This document shows, piece by piece, positions 33,885 through 43,025 of a stretch of 64,000 nt of DNA. Position numbers and translations under genes: made by a program. Location of the stretch: contig JAUFOR010000002.1 of NCBI GenBank assembly GCA_040285745.1, forward strand, positions 2,046,001 through 2,110,000. Direction: 5' to 3'. This DNA comes from Barthelona sp. PCE (lineage: Eukaryota). The stretch's first letter is position 1. Every line of letters starts with the position of its first letter. Below the pieces are notes generated by a model. That model saw nothing but the letters and a program-made list of their open reading frames with translations. It had not been told where the DNA came from and ran no database searches.

Positions 33885-33959
33885 AGCGCTATAGAGTAAT
33901 TGGTTATCTCGTGAGGCTCATAACCTCAAGGTTTCTGGTTCAAATCCAGATAGTCGCTA
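33885..33959 (+). tRNA. tRNA-Met (CAT)
   Basis: Anticodon arm TGAGG-CTCATAA-CCTCA, T-arm TCTGG-TTCAAAT-CCAGA, acceptor AGCGCTA/TAG(T)CGCT; oligo-T terminator follows. Confidence 0.9.
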
Positions 33960-34055
33960 TTTTTTTTTTCTTTTTTTGCAATTCCTTATTTTCATTTTAA
34001 TACCCAAAAATGAATGTACTTTTAAATATAAGACCCAGCCGTGGTGAAATTTAAG

Positions 34056-34566
34056 CGTACATTCCGGATTTCTCTTTTTTACTATTTTTATGGCCCGACC
34101 TCGTGCTTGTTGAATGATGGAAGCATGTGGTTGACGGAACTCATGGCAGAGTGAATCTGTGACTCATGTTGAATGATGGAAGCATGTGGTTGACGGAACT
34201 CATGGCAGAGTGAATCTGTGACTCATGAATGTGCTGTCCGAATTACGTCCTTTATCGTACATTCCGGATTTCTCTTTTTTACTATTTTTTATGGGGTGGG
34301 AACTCAATTACCCGACCTCGAGCTTAGGAACTTATTCACGCCATCCAACTAGATATCTGTCAGTAAACATGCATGTATCCGAGAGAACTCAGCCCCTGTG
34401 AAGTCATTTATCGTACATTCCGGATTTCTCTTTTTTACTATTTTTTATGGGGTGGGAACTCAATTACCCGACCTCGAGCTTAGGAACTTATTCACGCCAT
34501 CCAACTAGATATCTGTCAGTAAACATGCATGTATCCGAGAGAACTCAGCCCCTGTGAAGTCAATTT
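34056..34566. repeat. Composite repeat array: ~38-bp leader x3, 59-bp doublet (34108-34225), 156-bp doublet (34251-34561)
   Basis: CGTACATTCCGGATTTCTCTTTTTTACTATTTTT at 34056, 34256 and 34412; doublets visible directly. Confidence 0.9.
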
Positions 34567-34567
34567 A

Positions 34568-37500
34568 TTAACGTCTACGTATTGCCTTCATTTTGTGACC
34601 AAAACCAGCTTGCCCCTTTGGATTTGATTGAAAAACAGCTTGCCCCTTTGGATTTGATTGAAAAACAGCTTGCCCCTTTGGATTTAATTGTGGAGCGGCA
34701 GTTTGTTCGTCCAAAGAGACATATGTAGTAAAGCGTAAAATATTAATACGTCCATACTTTTTAATAACCTGTTTTTCACTCATAGCTTCTTTAGAACCAA
34801 ATACTGACTTTTTTAATGTGTGTTGCATGGTGGAATGACCAAATCCAAAACTTTGCTGGTGATAAGTCTTCTTTCTTCTACGTCCACCTTCTTCAGGTTT
34901 CTTACCCTCCAATACGCATTGAATACGACCAATTAATCCAGTGGTATCCTGAAGAAGACATCTTTGATAAGCTTCTGGCATTTCTTCATGTAACGGTGCG
35001 AAAAGAATTCTTCCTTCCTCCGGTTTCGAACAAAAGTATTTCAGGAAGAAGACTATCCAGCTGTAAAGACGCTTCTTTCCAAGCTTCTTGATACTAGAAA
35101 CAAACTCTTCTGGTGTAGGAGTTTTAAAACTATAATGCTGTGCTCCTCTGACATTGGGAGTTGCAATAGCAAAACGACATATATAATCAATTGCTTCAAC
35201 GAACTCAACTTCCCGAACACCCATTAACAAAATGAAGTTGTTTGAGACATCAATGAACGGATATTTGTCCATCATATTAACAGCAGTTGCAAACACTAAA
35301 TCAAGGAATTCTGGTTCTTCGGCATAAACTGTATGACTGTATTTCAATGGATGTGCAGAGTACTTGAACAATTCAATGCGATACTGATTATAATTCACTT
35401 TCATACCGGTTTTGAGAGGTTTAGTAACCATATTAGGATGAAGATTCTTCTTGTCCAAAATATTCTTGAAATCATAAACGCCTTCAACAAATTTTGAATA
35501 AGCTTCTCTTCCAAGAGTCTTATACACTAAAAGTCCAAGACCAGGGATTGAATTATTGTAATCCATGCAAATGACATCGACTGAGTCCATGCACCACTCA
35601 CCCAATTCATCACTTACGATAGAATCATAAGCTCTTGCCAATTGCAAAGAGCAGTGACGAACAACATGAAGCATGCAACGTTTGTTGACTGGTTTAGCTT
35701 TCTCACCCTCTGGTTCGAAGCGAAGAACAGGCAAAATAACTGAATGTTCAAGCTGTGGGTAAATTTCCAACCATGCCTCATGATCCAAGCGCTTCTTCAA
35801 CGCTGTGAATAACTTACACATCTCCTTCAACAGTTCCTTGTTGGTTATGTATCGTTCGGCGCTTTCGGTAAAGATTGTGAACATTGGACTGTTTGTCCAG
35901 TCACCATTGGACTCGAACAAGCTCATTATCACTTCCACAGCAATGTTGAACAAAACCAATCGAACATCAATAGAGATACGTTTCTTCCAGATCATTAAAA
36001 TGAAATCATCAACATCAAGCGTACGATCGTGCATTGCTATCTGACGAGCGAGACAGATCACCATCTTTGTTGAAGTAACCCCCAATTGATTTTCGCAGAT
36101 ATTGGTTATATCCTTCATAAACGTGTTCAATTGGTCCCCACTGAAATAGCGAATCATGGAGAGCAAATTGTTCATTGCCAGGGGTGAAGTACGGTTGAAT
36201 TTGAGTGCATGCAATAAGAACTCGTAGTCGTTACCGAAACACTTGAAAATCTCGACAACAGCATCTTCAATGTCGACAGAAAAACCGCGGCAGAGAACAC
36301 ATGCACCAATGACTTGATCGCGCTGAGATTCAGAAAGTGTAATGTTGTAAAAATGTGACAAACAGTTGAACTCCTTAAAAAAGGCTTTGATATCGCCTAA
36401 TCTTCCCATCAGGGCATCAAGTCTCTTCTTGGATGCCTGTGCTTCAACCTTGCTCGTTTCAGTACTCTCCATGGTGGATAAAAGCTGCTTCTGCTTCTGA
36501 GTAATCTCTCCTAAAAGTGCGATGTACTCATCAAACTCACCCATAATCTCATCACGGATACTGTCTAGCTCACCCTGTCTTACAACCAGCATGGGATCAT
36601 ACTTGATCTCTGAGGCATACTTACGCCACGTGGTACGGGTAATAGGAGGATGATAGTTTGTGCTAAAGGCGTGGAGACGTACACCTGGCTTGAACAAACG
36701 ACTCTTGGCAATAGAAGTGCTCTTGATGACCTTTGCATCTGAAAGAAATCTTGCTTCTTTAACTGCAAAAGTTGCTTTAAGATTTGGCAACGAACATCCC
36801 ATATCAACCACAAGATTATCAAGACCGTACTCAGTCAAAAAATTCTGATTTGGAATCGTGATACGTTGTTCCGTTTCGTTTTCTACACTAAAGTACTTTA
36901 GACTCTCGCAAAACTTCTTGAGAAATGCGCTGAGGTTTCCACGCATGTTGGGTTTCAGAGGACCAGCAAACGCTCCCTTGATAACATCCACCCAGAATGG
37001 AACATTAATACTTGTGTTCTCCTTATACTTTGCAACAACATCTTTTTTAGCAGCCTGTTCCCTAAAAAAGCTATCACGGGTGAAGCTTCCATTCTTTAAA
37101 AGGTGCTTCATGGAAAACTGGGGTGGAAAATCGGGATAGATCAAAGGAATATCCAATTGGTAGGTATCCATTTCGCTTTCTGTAAAGAAGTGTGTCATCT
37201 CCCTCAGATAATATGCAGCTGCCTCAATAACATCATTCCCCTGAGGTGAAAGAGATATGCTACAAAGTGGTGAAGTCCACGTTTCTGAGAAGAAAATGTT
37301 TTTGTTGCAACTCGTTGGAGAAGCCAACATGAAATTTAGTGACTTGAATATTTCAATGATAATATCAGTATGAAAGATTGCGGTACAAGGAACTATAACC
37401 TTCTCGTAACCTCCATCACAAAAGTCAGAATGTAGGTTACGAATAATTGATTTAGAATCATATTTGTTGCGGAAGAGTTGGATGATAAGTCTCAGTGCTT

Positions 37501-38710
37501 CAAGTTCGAGATCTCCTTCCCATAAAAGGTACCTAGAAAGGAAACAAGCAACAACATCAACATGATAACCGCCACACTTCTTAGAAACAAATTTTTCAAA
37601 CACTTCCTTAGTTGCTTCATCAACACGGATAGTTTGATGAAGGTATGTTATCTCAACCAAATTTTCGCTGTCAATAATCGAAACATTTCGTAAAACTGAA
37701 AGCACAACTCCTCTATCACTAGCAGGGCAAGTTTTATCGGAATTCACCTTCTTCCACACCCCTAGTTCTTCTAAGAAACCAAATGGAGCTCTAGGAGGTT
37801 GGGGAATTTTCTCTAAATATTCATAATAAACACCTAAATCAAGTAAAACAGGTTTCAGCTCACTTAACAACATAAAATTCCCTGATTCTCTGACGATTTC
37901 CAAAAAAAGTTCTTCATCGTATTTGAGAACCATGTAAATATTGTCACCATCAACTAAAACACTTCCGTCACGAATACTATCCACAAGCACTGTCGGATAA
38001 CGAGAATAAACTTCTTTTTTCAAAGCTACCTCCAGATCAGAAAAGTTATGATTCTCGGAGTGTCTTACAATCTCAACAACACTATCAACAAATGTGTTAG
38101 ATTTTTTGATTAAACGTTGCACAACCGCCTTATGTTCGCGGTAAAAATAACGCATGCTCAGTCCGTTATTGAACTTATGTAACATATATGCTTCAAGAAC
38201 AGGCAGTGTTTCAGTACGTTTCAACAAAGCGGAAAGCAACTTTATATCAATTTTCTCAACTTCAATGTCTTGCAGGACTTCAATTGAACAGTTTCCGATG
38301 ATTTTTGCCTTGTCTTCGAACGAGAATGAACCAGTTTCATCCGTGTAGATGTCATCACATATGGAACCGAAGTTGCACATGCTTCGACCCAGTTTAGTGA
38401 TGAATCGTTGTCTCACAGCAGGATTCAACTGCTTTAGCTTGTCCAGGACGTTATCCTGAGCCATAAAAGCCTTGAAAACTAAAGGGAAATCAAAGAATCT
38501 CAATACAAGACGCTTATCCTCGCTATTCAGTAATTCGAACATGCGCTCGTAGTCCTTGCGCATTCTCAAATGATGCAAATATGCCTTTTTCTCTTTAATC
38601 GATGAGAATTCTGATAAAACTGCATCAAAGACTGGCAACTTGCACAACTCAGCCAAAAGCTGGTTACGGCACAGAGTGCTGTCGTTGATTAAACGTAAAA
38701 AACTATCCAT
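34568..38710 (-). CDS. Large alpha-solenoid (HEAT/ARM-like) hypothetical protein, ~1380 aa
   Basis: Uninterrupted helical ORF; second ATG (38710) is the likely start; basic low-complexity C-terminal tail. Confidence 0.75.
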   Translation of the reverse strand: MDSFLRLINDSTLCRNQLLAELCKLPVFDAVLSEFSSIKEKKAYLHHLRMRKDYERMFELLNSEDKRLVLRFFDFPLVFKAFMAQDNVLDKLKQLNPAVRQRFITKLGRSMCNFGSICDDIYTDETGSFSFEDKAKIIGNCSIEVLQDIEVEKIDIKLLSALLKRTETLPVLEAYMLHKFNNGLSMRYFYREHKAVVQRLIKKSNTFVDSVVEIVRHSENHNFSDLEVALKKEVYSRYPTVLVDSIRDGSVLVDGDNIYMVLKYDEELFLEIVRESGNFMLLSELKPVLLDLGVYYEYLEKIPQPPRAPFGFLEELGVWKKVNSDKTCPASDRGVVLSVLRNVSIIDSENLVEITYLHQTIRVDEATKEVFEKFVSKKCGGYHVDVVACFLSRYLLWEGDLELEALRLIIQLFRNKYDSKSIIRNLHSDFCDGGYEKVIVPCTAIFHTDIIIEIFKSLNFMLASPTSCNKNIFFSETWTSPLCSISLSPQGNDVIEAAAYYLREMTHFFTESEMDTYQLDIPLIYPDFPPQFSMKHLLKNGSFTRDSFFREQAAKKDVVAKYKENTSINVPFWVDVIKGAFAGPLKPNMRGNLSAFLKKFCESLKYFSVENETEQRITIPNQNFLTEYGLDNLVVDMGCSLPNLKATFAVKEARFLSDAKVIKSTSIAKSRLFKPGVRLHAFSTNYHPPITRTTWRKYASEIKYDPMLVVRQGELDSIRDEIMGEFDEYIALLGEITQKQKQLLSTMESTETSKVEAQASKKRLDALMGRLGDIKAFFKEFNCLSHFYNITLSESQRDQVIGACVLCRGFSVDIEDAVVEIFKCFGNDYEFLLHALKFNRTSPLAMNNLLSMIRYFSGDQLNTFMKDITNICENQLGVTSTKMVICLARQIAMHDRTLDVDDFILMIWKKRISIDVRLVLFNIAVEVIMSLFESNGDWTNSPMFTIFTESAERYITNKELLKEMCKLFTALKKRLDHEAWLEIYPQLEHSVILPVLRFEPEGEKAKPVNKRCMLHVVRHCSLQLARAYDSIVSDELGEWCMDSVDVICMDYNNSIPGLGLLVYKTLGREAYSKFVEGVYDFKNILDKKNLHPNMVTKPLKTGMKVNYNQYRIELFKYSAHPLKYSHTVYAEEPEFLDLVFATAVNMMDKYPFIDVSNNFILLMGVREVEFVEAIDYICRFAIATPNVRGAQHYSFKTPTPEEFVSSIKKLGKKRLYSWIVFFLKYFCSKPEEGRILFAPLHEEMPEAYQRCLLQDTTGLIGRIQCVLEGKKPEEGGRRRKKTYHQQSFGFGHSTMQHTLKKSVFGSKEAMSEKQVIKKYGRINILRFTTYVSLDEQTAAPQLNPKGQAVFQSNPKGQAVFQSNPKGQAGFGHKMKAIRRR
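34606..34690 (-). repeat. 30-bp coding tandem repeat (NPKGQAVFQS), about 3 copies
   Basis: CAGCTTGCCCCTTTGGATTT at 34606, 34636 and 34666. Confidence 0.9.
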
Positions 38711-39013
38711 AAACTGTTGAAATGAAAAAAACAAGGTAAATCGCATTTGCTGTGTTAAACACAGCCATTATTTACAAAATAAATCTGGGGTGTCTATCAA
38801 CTTCATCCCAATGTAGCTTAATATTTTGTTGTTCTTATGAAAAAGCTTATTGAACCGTAATAACACTATTCTTTTGGGTCAATTTTCGGTCTTTCTTGTT
38901 GTTCGGGTGATTATAGTACTCCTTTTAATGTGCTGGAAGGTCTAAAAAATTTTGATAATTGGGTCACTTCTTGAATTTTTATTTATTACCTTTATCACCA
39001 TTATATAATATCA

Positions 39014-40741
39014 ATGGGTATTCCTAGATTCCTACCCTTCATCATAGACAATTTTCCATCATGTCTAATGCAAAAGCAACCAGATAAAAAATTACGATTT
39101 GACTTTTTGCTACTAGAATGCGATTCTTTTTCACATCGTGCACGACACTCAGTAAGAACCATACAAAACAGTGAAAATTACATGTTTAAAATGATCCTCA
39201 GATCTTTCACTGAATGTAATATATCAACCGGTGCATTTTTCCTCACTGATGGTGCAGAATCATTGGCTAAAAAAACAAAAACACTACCAATTCGATTCCG
39301 TAGAAAGCTTGACAGGATGTATTGCTTCATGGACCAGCTATACAATGGTGTTGATTCAGACAGCCTTGATATTGGGCATTTAATCTCTGCAACCGGAAAC
39401 AACACGGTAGCATACGATAGGGCGTTCCGTAGTGCGATGAACCGTGTGCTTCAAGTAATCCTGTCATGGGGAAAGATTGGCGCAATCGCTGACGGAGCAC
39501 TGGAAGCAGAACATAAAATGGAAAAAATTATTTCTTATTGTCGTACTATGAATTCCTCCTCTAAAATACTAATCACAACGCCAGATTCCGACGTTGTCAT
39601 GATCATGCTTGGCCTTAACGTTCAAAATGTGTTTGTCAACGTTGTTCAAAAGCATCGGTCTGCAATGATCAACATAGACCAATTAAGATGGGATATTAAT
39701 CGCGCTTACTTGGATTGGCGCAACATTATTGTTATGCATGGCCTCTTGGAGAACGATTACTGTGTTGCAATGATCGAGCATACTGTGTGGCAAGACGCAA
39801 TGAAATATACCAAAGAAAATGGTATACGTCTCATGAAGCGCGATGGAACCATAGACAGCAACGCTGTGAGGCGTGTTCTTAATGAGTTTGCATTTGTTAA
39901 TCAAGTGGAAGCCGAGGTTGAACCAGAAGATGAAAATGTTGAAAATGCTCCATGTTTAGCCACTGATGATGATATCGCAATCGCCTCTCGATATTGGCAG
40001 ATCTTTTGCATCACAGTTGGATCATACATATACGGTGCACCATCAACGTTGCAACAGCCCACCATAGCTGAGCAATTGACACCTTTTCAGCGCAAGCTCA
40101 TTATAGATCAGCTTGCAGTGGCCGATCTAACACTCCCACAGCCGCTATTCAGCAATATCCAGGCGGAACTTGATGAAAACGCAAAACATTACACACGTAC
40201 TTCTCGTATTCTTCTGTATCCCCTCAATCTCTGGCAACACATGCTTCCTGAGCATGTTTATCTTGCAATAATTGATGCTCTTGAAGCCAATGATCTCACG
40301 CACATCCTCACCAGCCGTACACCAACAAAGACTCAGGTGTCAGCGTGGATGGAGGAACATAATAGAATTATTGATCACAACGCAACAATTGAGAACTATA
40401 AGGACAAAATAAGACTGGGTTATCCCGAATATGGCTGGTTCCTTCCAGATGAAGAGGAAATACGCGAGCTTATTAATGTTATTGAACCTGTGTTACAAGC
40501 TCAAGACGGTCCTGGTTCGAATATTTTTGAATCCTCTATTCTGAGGACTAATCTCGTTGCAAAGCCCTTCATGCAAGTGTTTACAGCTTCAAGATCACAC
40601 TGTAGAAACGCATTTGAGAATTTCATCAAAAATGATCCCAACATGAAACTGACAAAGAATTCCTCTTTCACAAACAGAGATGAAGAAGTACAATATTCTA
40701 GATTTACGTACAATTTTGCATCTGCTGATGAAATTCACTAA
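39014..40741 (+). CDS. Divergent XRN-family 5'-3' exoribonuclease (nuclease domain only)
   Basis: MGIPRF, FDFLLLECD, TDGAESLAK, LEAEHK, PDSDVVM, ENDY align with XRN motifs MGVP, DNLYLDMN, DGVAPRAK, GEGEHK, DADL, GNDF. Confidence 0.8.
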   Translation: MGIPRFLPFIIDNFPSCLMQKQPDKKLRFDFLLLECDSFSHRARHSVRTIQNSENYMFKMILRSFTECNISTGAFFLTDGAESLAKKTKTLPIRFRRKLDRMYCFMDQLYNGVDSDSLDIGHLISATGNNTVAYDRAFRSAMNRVLQVILSWGKIGAIADGALEAEHKMEKIISYCRTMNSSSKILITTPDSDVVMIMLGLNVQNVFVNVVQKHRSAMINIDQLRWDINRAYLDWRNIIVMHGLLENDYCVAMIEHTVWQDAMKYTKENGIRLMKRDGTIDSNAVRRVLNEFAFVNQVEAEVEPEDENVENAPCLATDDDIAIASRYWQIFCITVGSYIYGAPSTLQQPTIAEQLTPFQRKLIIDQLAVADLTLPQPLFSNIQAELDENAKHYTRTSRILLYPLNLWQHMLPEHVYLAIIDALEANDLTHILTSRTPTKTQVSAWMEEHNRIIDHNATIENYKDKIRLGYPEYGWFLPDEEEIRELINVIEPVLQAQDGPGSNIFESSILRTNLVAKPFMQVFTASRSHCRNAFENFIKNDPNMKLTKNSSFTNRDEEVQYSRFTYNFASADEIH

Positions 40742-40973
40742 AAAAAAATAAAATACTGCCCATATCTGAATTTAATCTCTATGAGATTAAAACTATCCCA
40801 CTTTTCGCATCTTATTTGAACTTGTAAAACTTATGAAATGGTGTGAAAATAAAAAACAGAATTATTATCGCTACAAGTACATTAACGTTCATATTTGAGT
40901 CAAAAATTTTACATTGATACGTTCAACGTCAACATTCGTTCGTTTCTACTATGAAAAAAAAAATCCAAAAAAG

Positions 40974-41045
40974 CACGATTGACAGGGATCGAACCTGCGA
41001 CCCTGAGCTTAGGAGGCCCAAACTCTTCCACTGAGTTACAATCGC
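40974..41045 (-). tRNA. tRNA-Arg (CCT)
   Basis: GCGATTG/CAATCGT acceptor, ACTC/GAGT D-stem, TGGGC-CTCCTAA-GCTCA, GCAGG-TTCGATC-CCTGT; T-run downstream. Confidence 0.95.
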
Positions 41046-41181
41046 TGTTGCTTATATTAAGAAACGGAAATAACCTCTGCACTCTTTTTTTAGTTGTCAT
41101 AAACTCCCGATTTTGATGATTTTAGAAGAGTCTCGCAGAGCTAAAATAATACTTTTAATGAATGTAAACATTAATGTATTT

Positions 41182-41294
41182 TTATCCTCTATCCTACACC
41201 TTGGATGGTTTACTGAAGTGACAGCCTGCATGTTGGGAGGGCAGACAGAACGAACCGTTAGACAGGACGGGTACGGATCAATCAAGATACCGCC
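41182..41294 (-). repeat. Split direct repeat B2 (113 bp)
   Basis: Identical by eye to 41705-41817. Confidence 0.95.
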
Positions 41295-41565
41295 GCACGC
41301 TACGTACCCGTAGAGCCATGATTAGTGGCTAACTGTCTCGCTATTGAGAAAATATGATGAAATTTTTTGTAAAATTTCTTGATAAAACTTACCTGCGTTC
41401 TTTCTGCACTAGGATATAATTTATGCAGAAGATGATGAAAGACTTTCTTGGATAATCCAGCACAGAATGTGTGCGGAGTAGTTTTTTCCAAGCTCACGGA
41501 AAAACAACAAAAAGTTTCGAAGATTATGCTTGAAATTTAACTTTCTGGTTTTTTGTCTTTTTTAA

Positions 41566-41704
41566 TTTTTTGAATTCAGGAAAGAAATCGAAAAGCAGTT
41601 ACTCGAGTCCGAGTAACTTAGCTAGGATTATTCTTTAACTCTCACTATCAGTGTATGTCATCTAGGTTTCGGGTGCATCAAGATTCCGATTGCCATCAAC
41701 TACA
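41566..41704 (-). repeat. Split direct repeat A2 (139 bp)
   Basis: Identical by eye to 47856-47994; abuts B1; contains hairpin AGTTACTCG-agtc-CGAGTAACT. Confidence 0.95.
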
Positions 41705-41817
41705 TTATCCTCTATCCTACACCTTGGATGGTTTACTGAAGTGACAGCCTGCATGTTGGGAGGGCAGACAGAACGAACCGTTAGACAGGACGGGTACGGA
41801 TCAATCAAGATACCGCC
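41705..41817 (-). repeat. Split direct repeat B1 (113 bp)
   Basis: Identical to B2; overlaps the YR stop codon. Confidence 0.95.
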
Positions 41818-43025
41818 CATTCTCGTATCTGGTTTATACTGTACAGTTCCCCCGGCATGGCGTACTCCAGGTCGTGAATATCCAGGTAATACTTATTCAT
41901 GGTTTCATTGGCGCTCCAGCCCCCAATCTGTCTGGCTGTGTCTTTGTCACCATGAATTTTGATAATATCTTGGCATCTCCCCGCTCTTATGGCGTGGGGG
42001 TTGAATCTCGCTCCAGGCGGTGCACCTATGAGGTTTGGATCGTCAAAGACGGTGTTAAACCTTTTTAGAATTTTTTGCTTCCCGGTCTTTTGCTCCTCTA
42101 CTGAGGAGTAACGCGGTGCCCTGCCGCTTTGTTTCGAGTACATGCACAGTAAACGGCGCAAATACACTTTCGTACCAATATTTTTTGGGGAGTTGTTACA
42201 AAACGTCCTTTTCGGCTTTTCCCATGCGTTTTATGCTTTGGGATTATCACTGAGAGGGATTGCTCCATGCTGTTTTCATGAAGAGTGATCTCAAGGTGTC
42301 GTTTTTCTATAAAATTCAATTCTCCCGATCTACAACCGAGAATGTAGTGGATCGACAGTATTTGGCAGTCCAGGATGCATTGTTCCACCTCCTGTGAGAC
42401 CATAGCACTTATTTGGTCTCGTGGAGAAATTTTTGTCCTTTTGGGGCTCTACGATAGTCTCGTGGGCTCTCTCTTGGACGAGGAACAGCAGCTTCTGGAC
42501 CACAGACGCTCTTATAGCGCATTTATAACTGTGTGATTTGGGGATTGCTCCGCTTTCGTCGGTTATGATCTTTGTACGAGCTGAAATGAGGTACTGCCTG
42601 TCTGTATCTCAGGCGTCCTCCCAGCAGCCGGTTGTAAGCAGTCTAATAACTCTTAAAGAGTTTCTTAGAAGGGATCCTTATGCATCAAGAGTGCTACTCT
42701 TGTAATGCAGGATTTGGGCTGTGTTGCCTTCGGGCGATTCGCCCTTTTCGGCTCTCTCCACTAGGTCAGCTATGCGTAAACCTACTAACAGTTTGCAGTG
42801 GCTTGGATTTTTTATCCAGCCATACATCCTCCTTATTGCATTCTGATTAGCTTCAATGTACTGTCCAAATCGCTTGATGGCGGTCCTGGCTGTGCTTAAG
42901 GAACCTTTTCTTAAGAACAGCGCCAGGAGTTCGTCTACTCTCATTATTTCGGCTGGAAACCTGAAATGTTTCCTCACTATGAAGGGGACATCTATCCTTA
43001 CGAAGTCAGTGTCGCCCTTCCACAA
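41805..43025 (-). pseudogene. Tyrosine recombinase (frameshifts and in-frame stops)
   Basis: LGCRSGEL (catalytic R), IPKHKT (K), PHAIRAG (HxxR), IGGWS..TMNKYY (W, Y); N-terminal STARTAIKRFGQY. Confidence 0.85.

Noticed and set aside
34108-34225. Box C/D snoRNA in the 59-bp doublet
   Set aside because: ATGATGG is only a near C box and there is no terminal CTGA D box.
34056-34566. CRISPR array (constant ~38-bp repeat with intervening sequences)
   Set aside because: Intervening segments are ~118-163 bp, two are identical and all are related; no cas genes; eukaryotic context.
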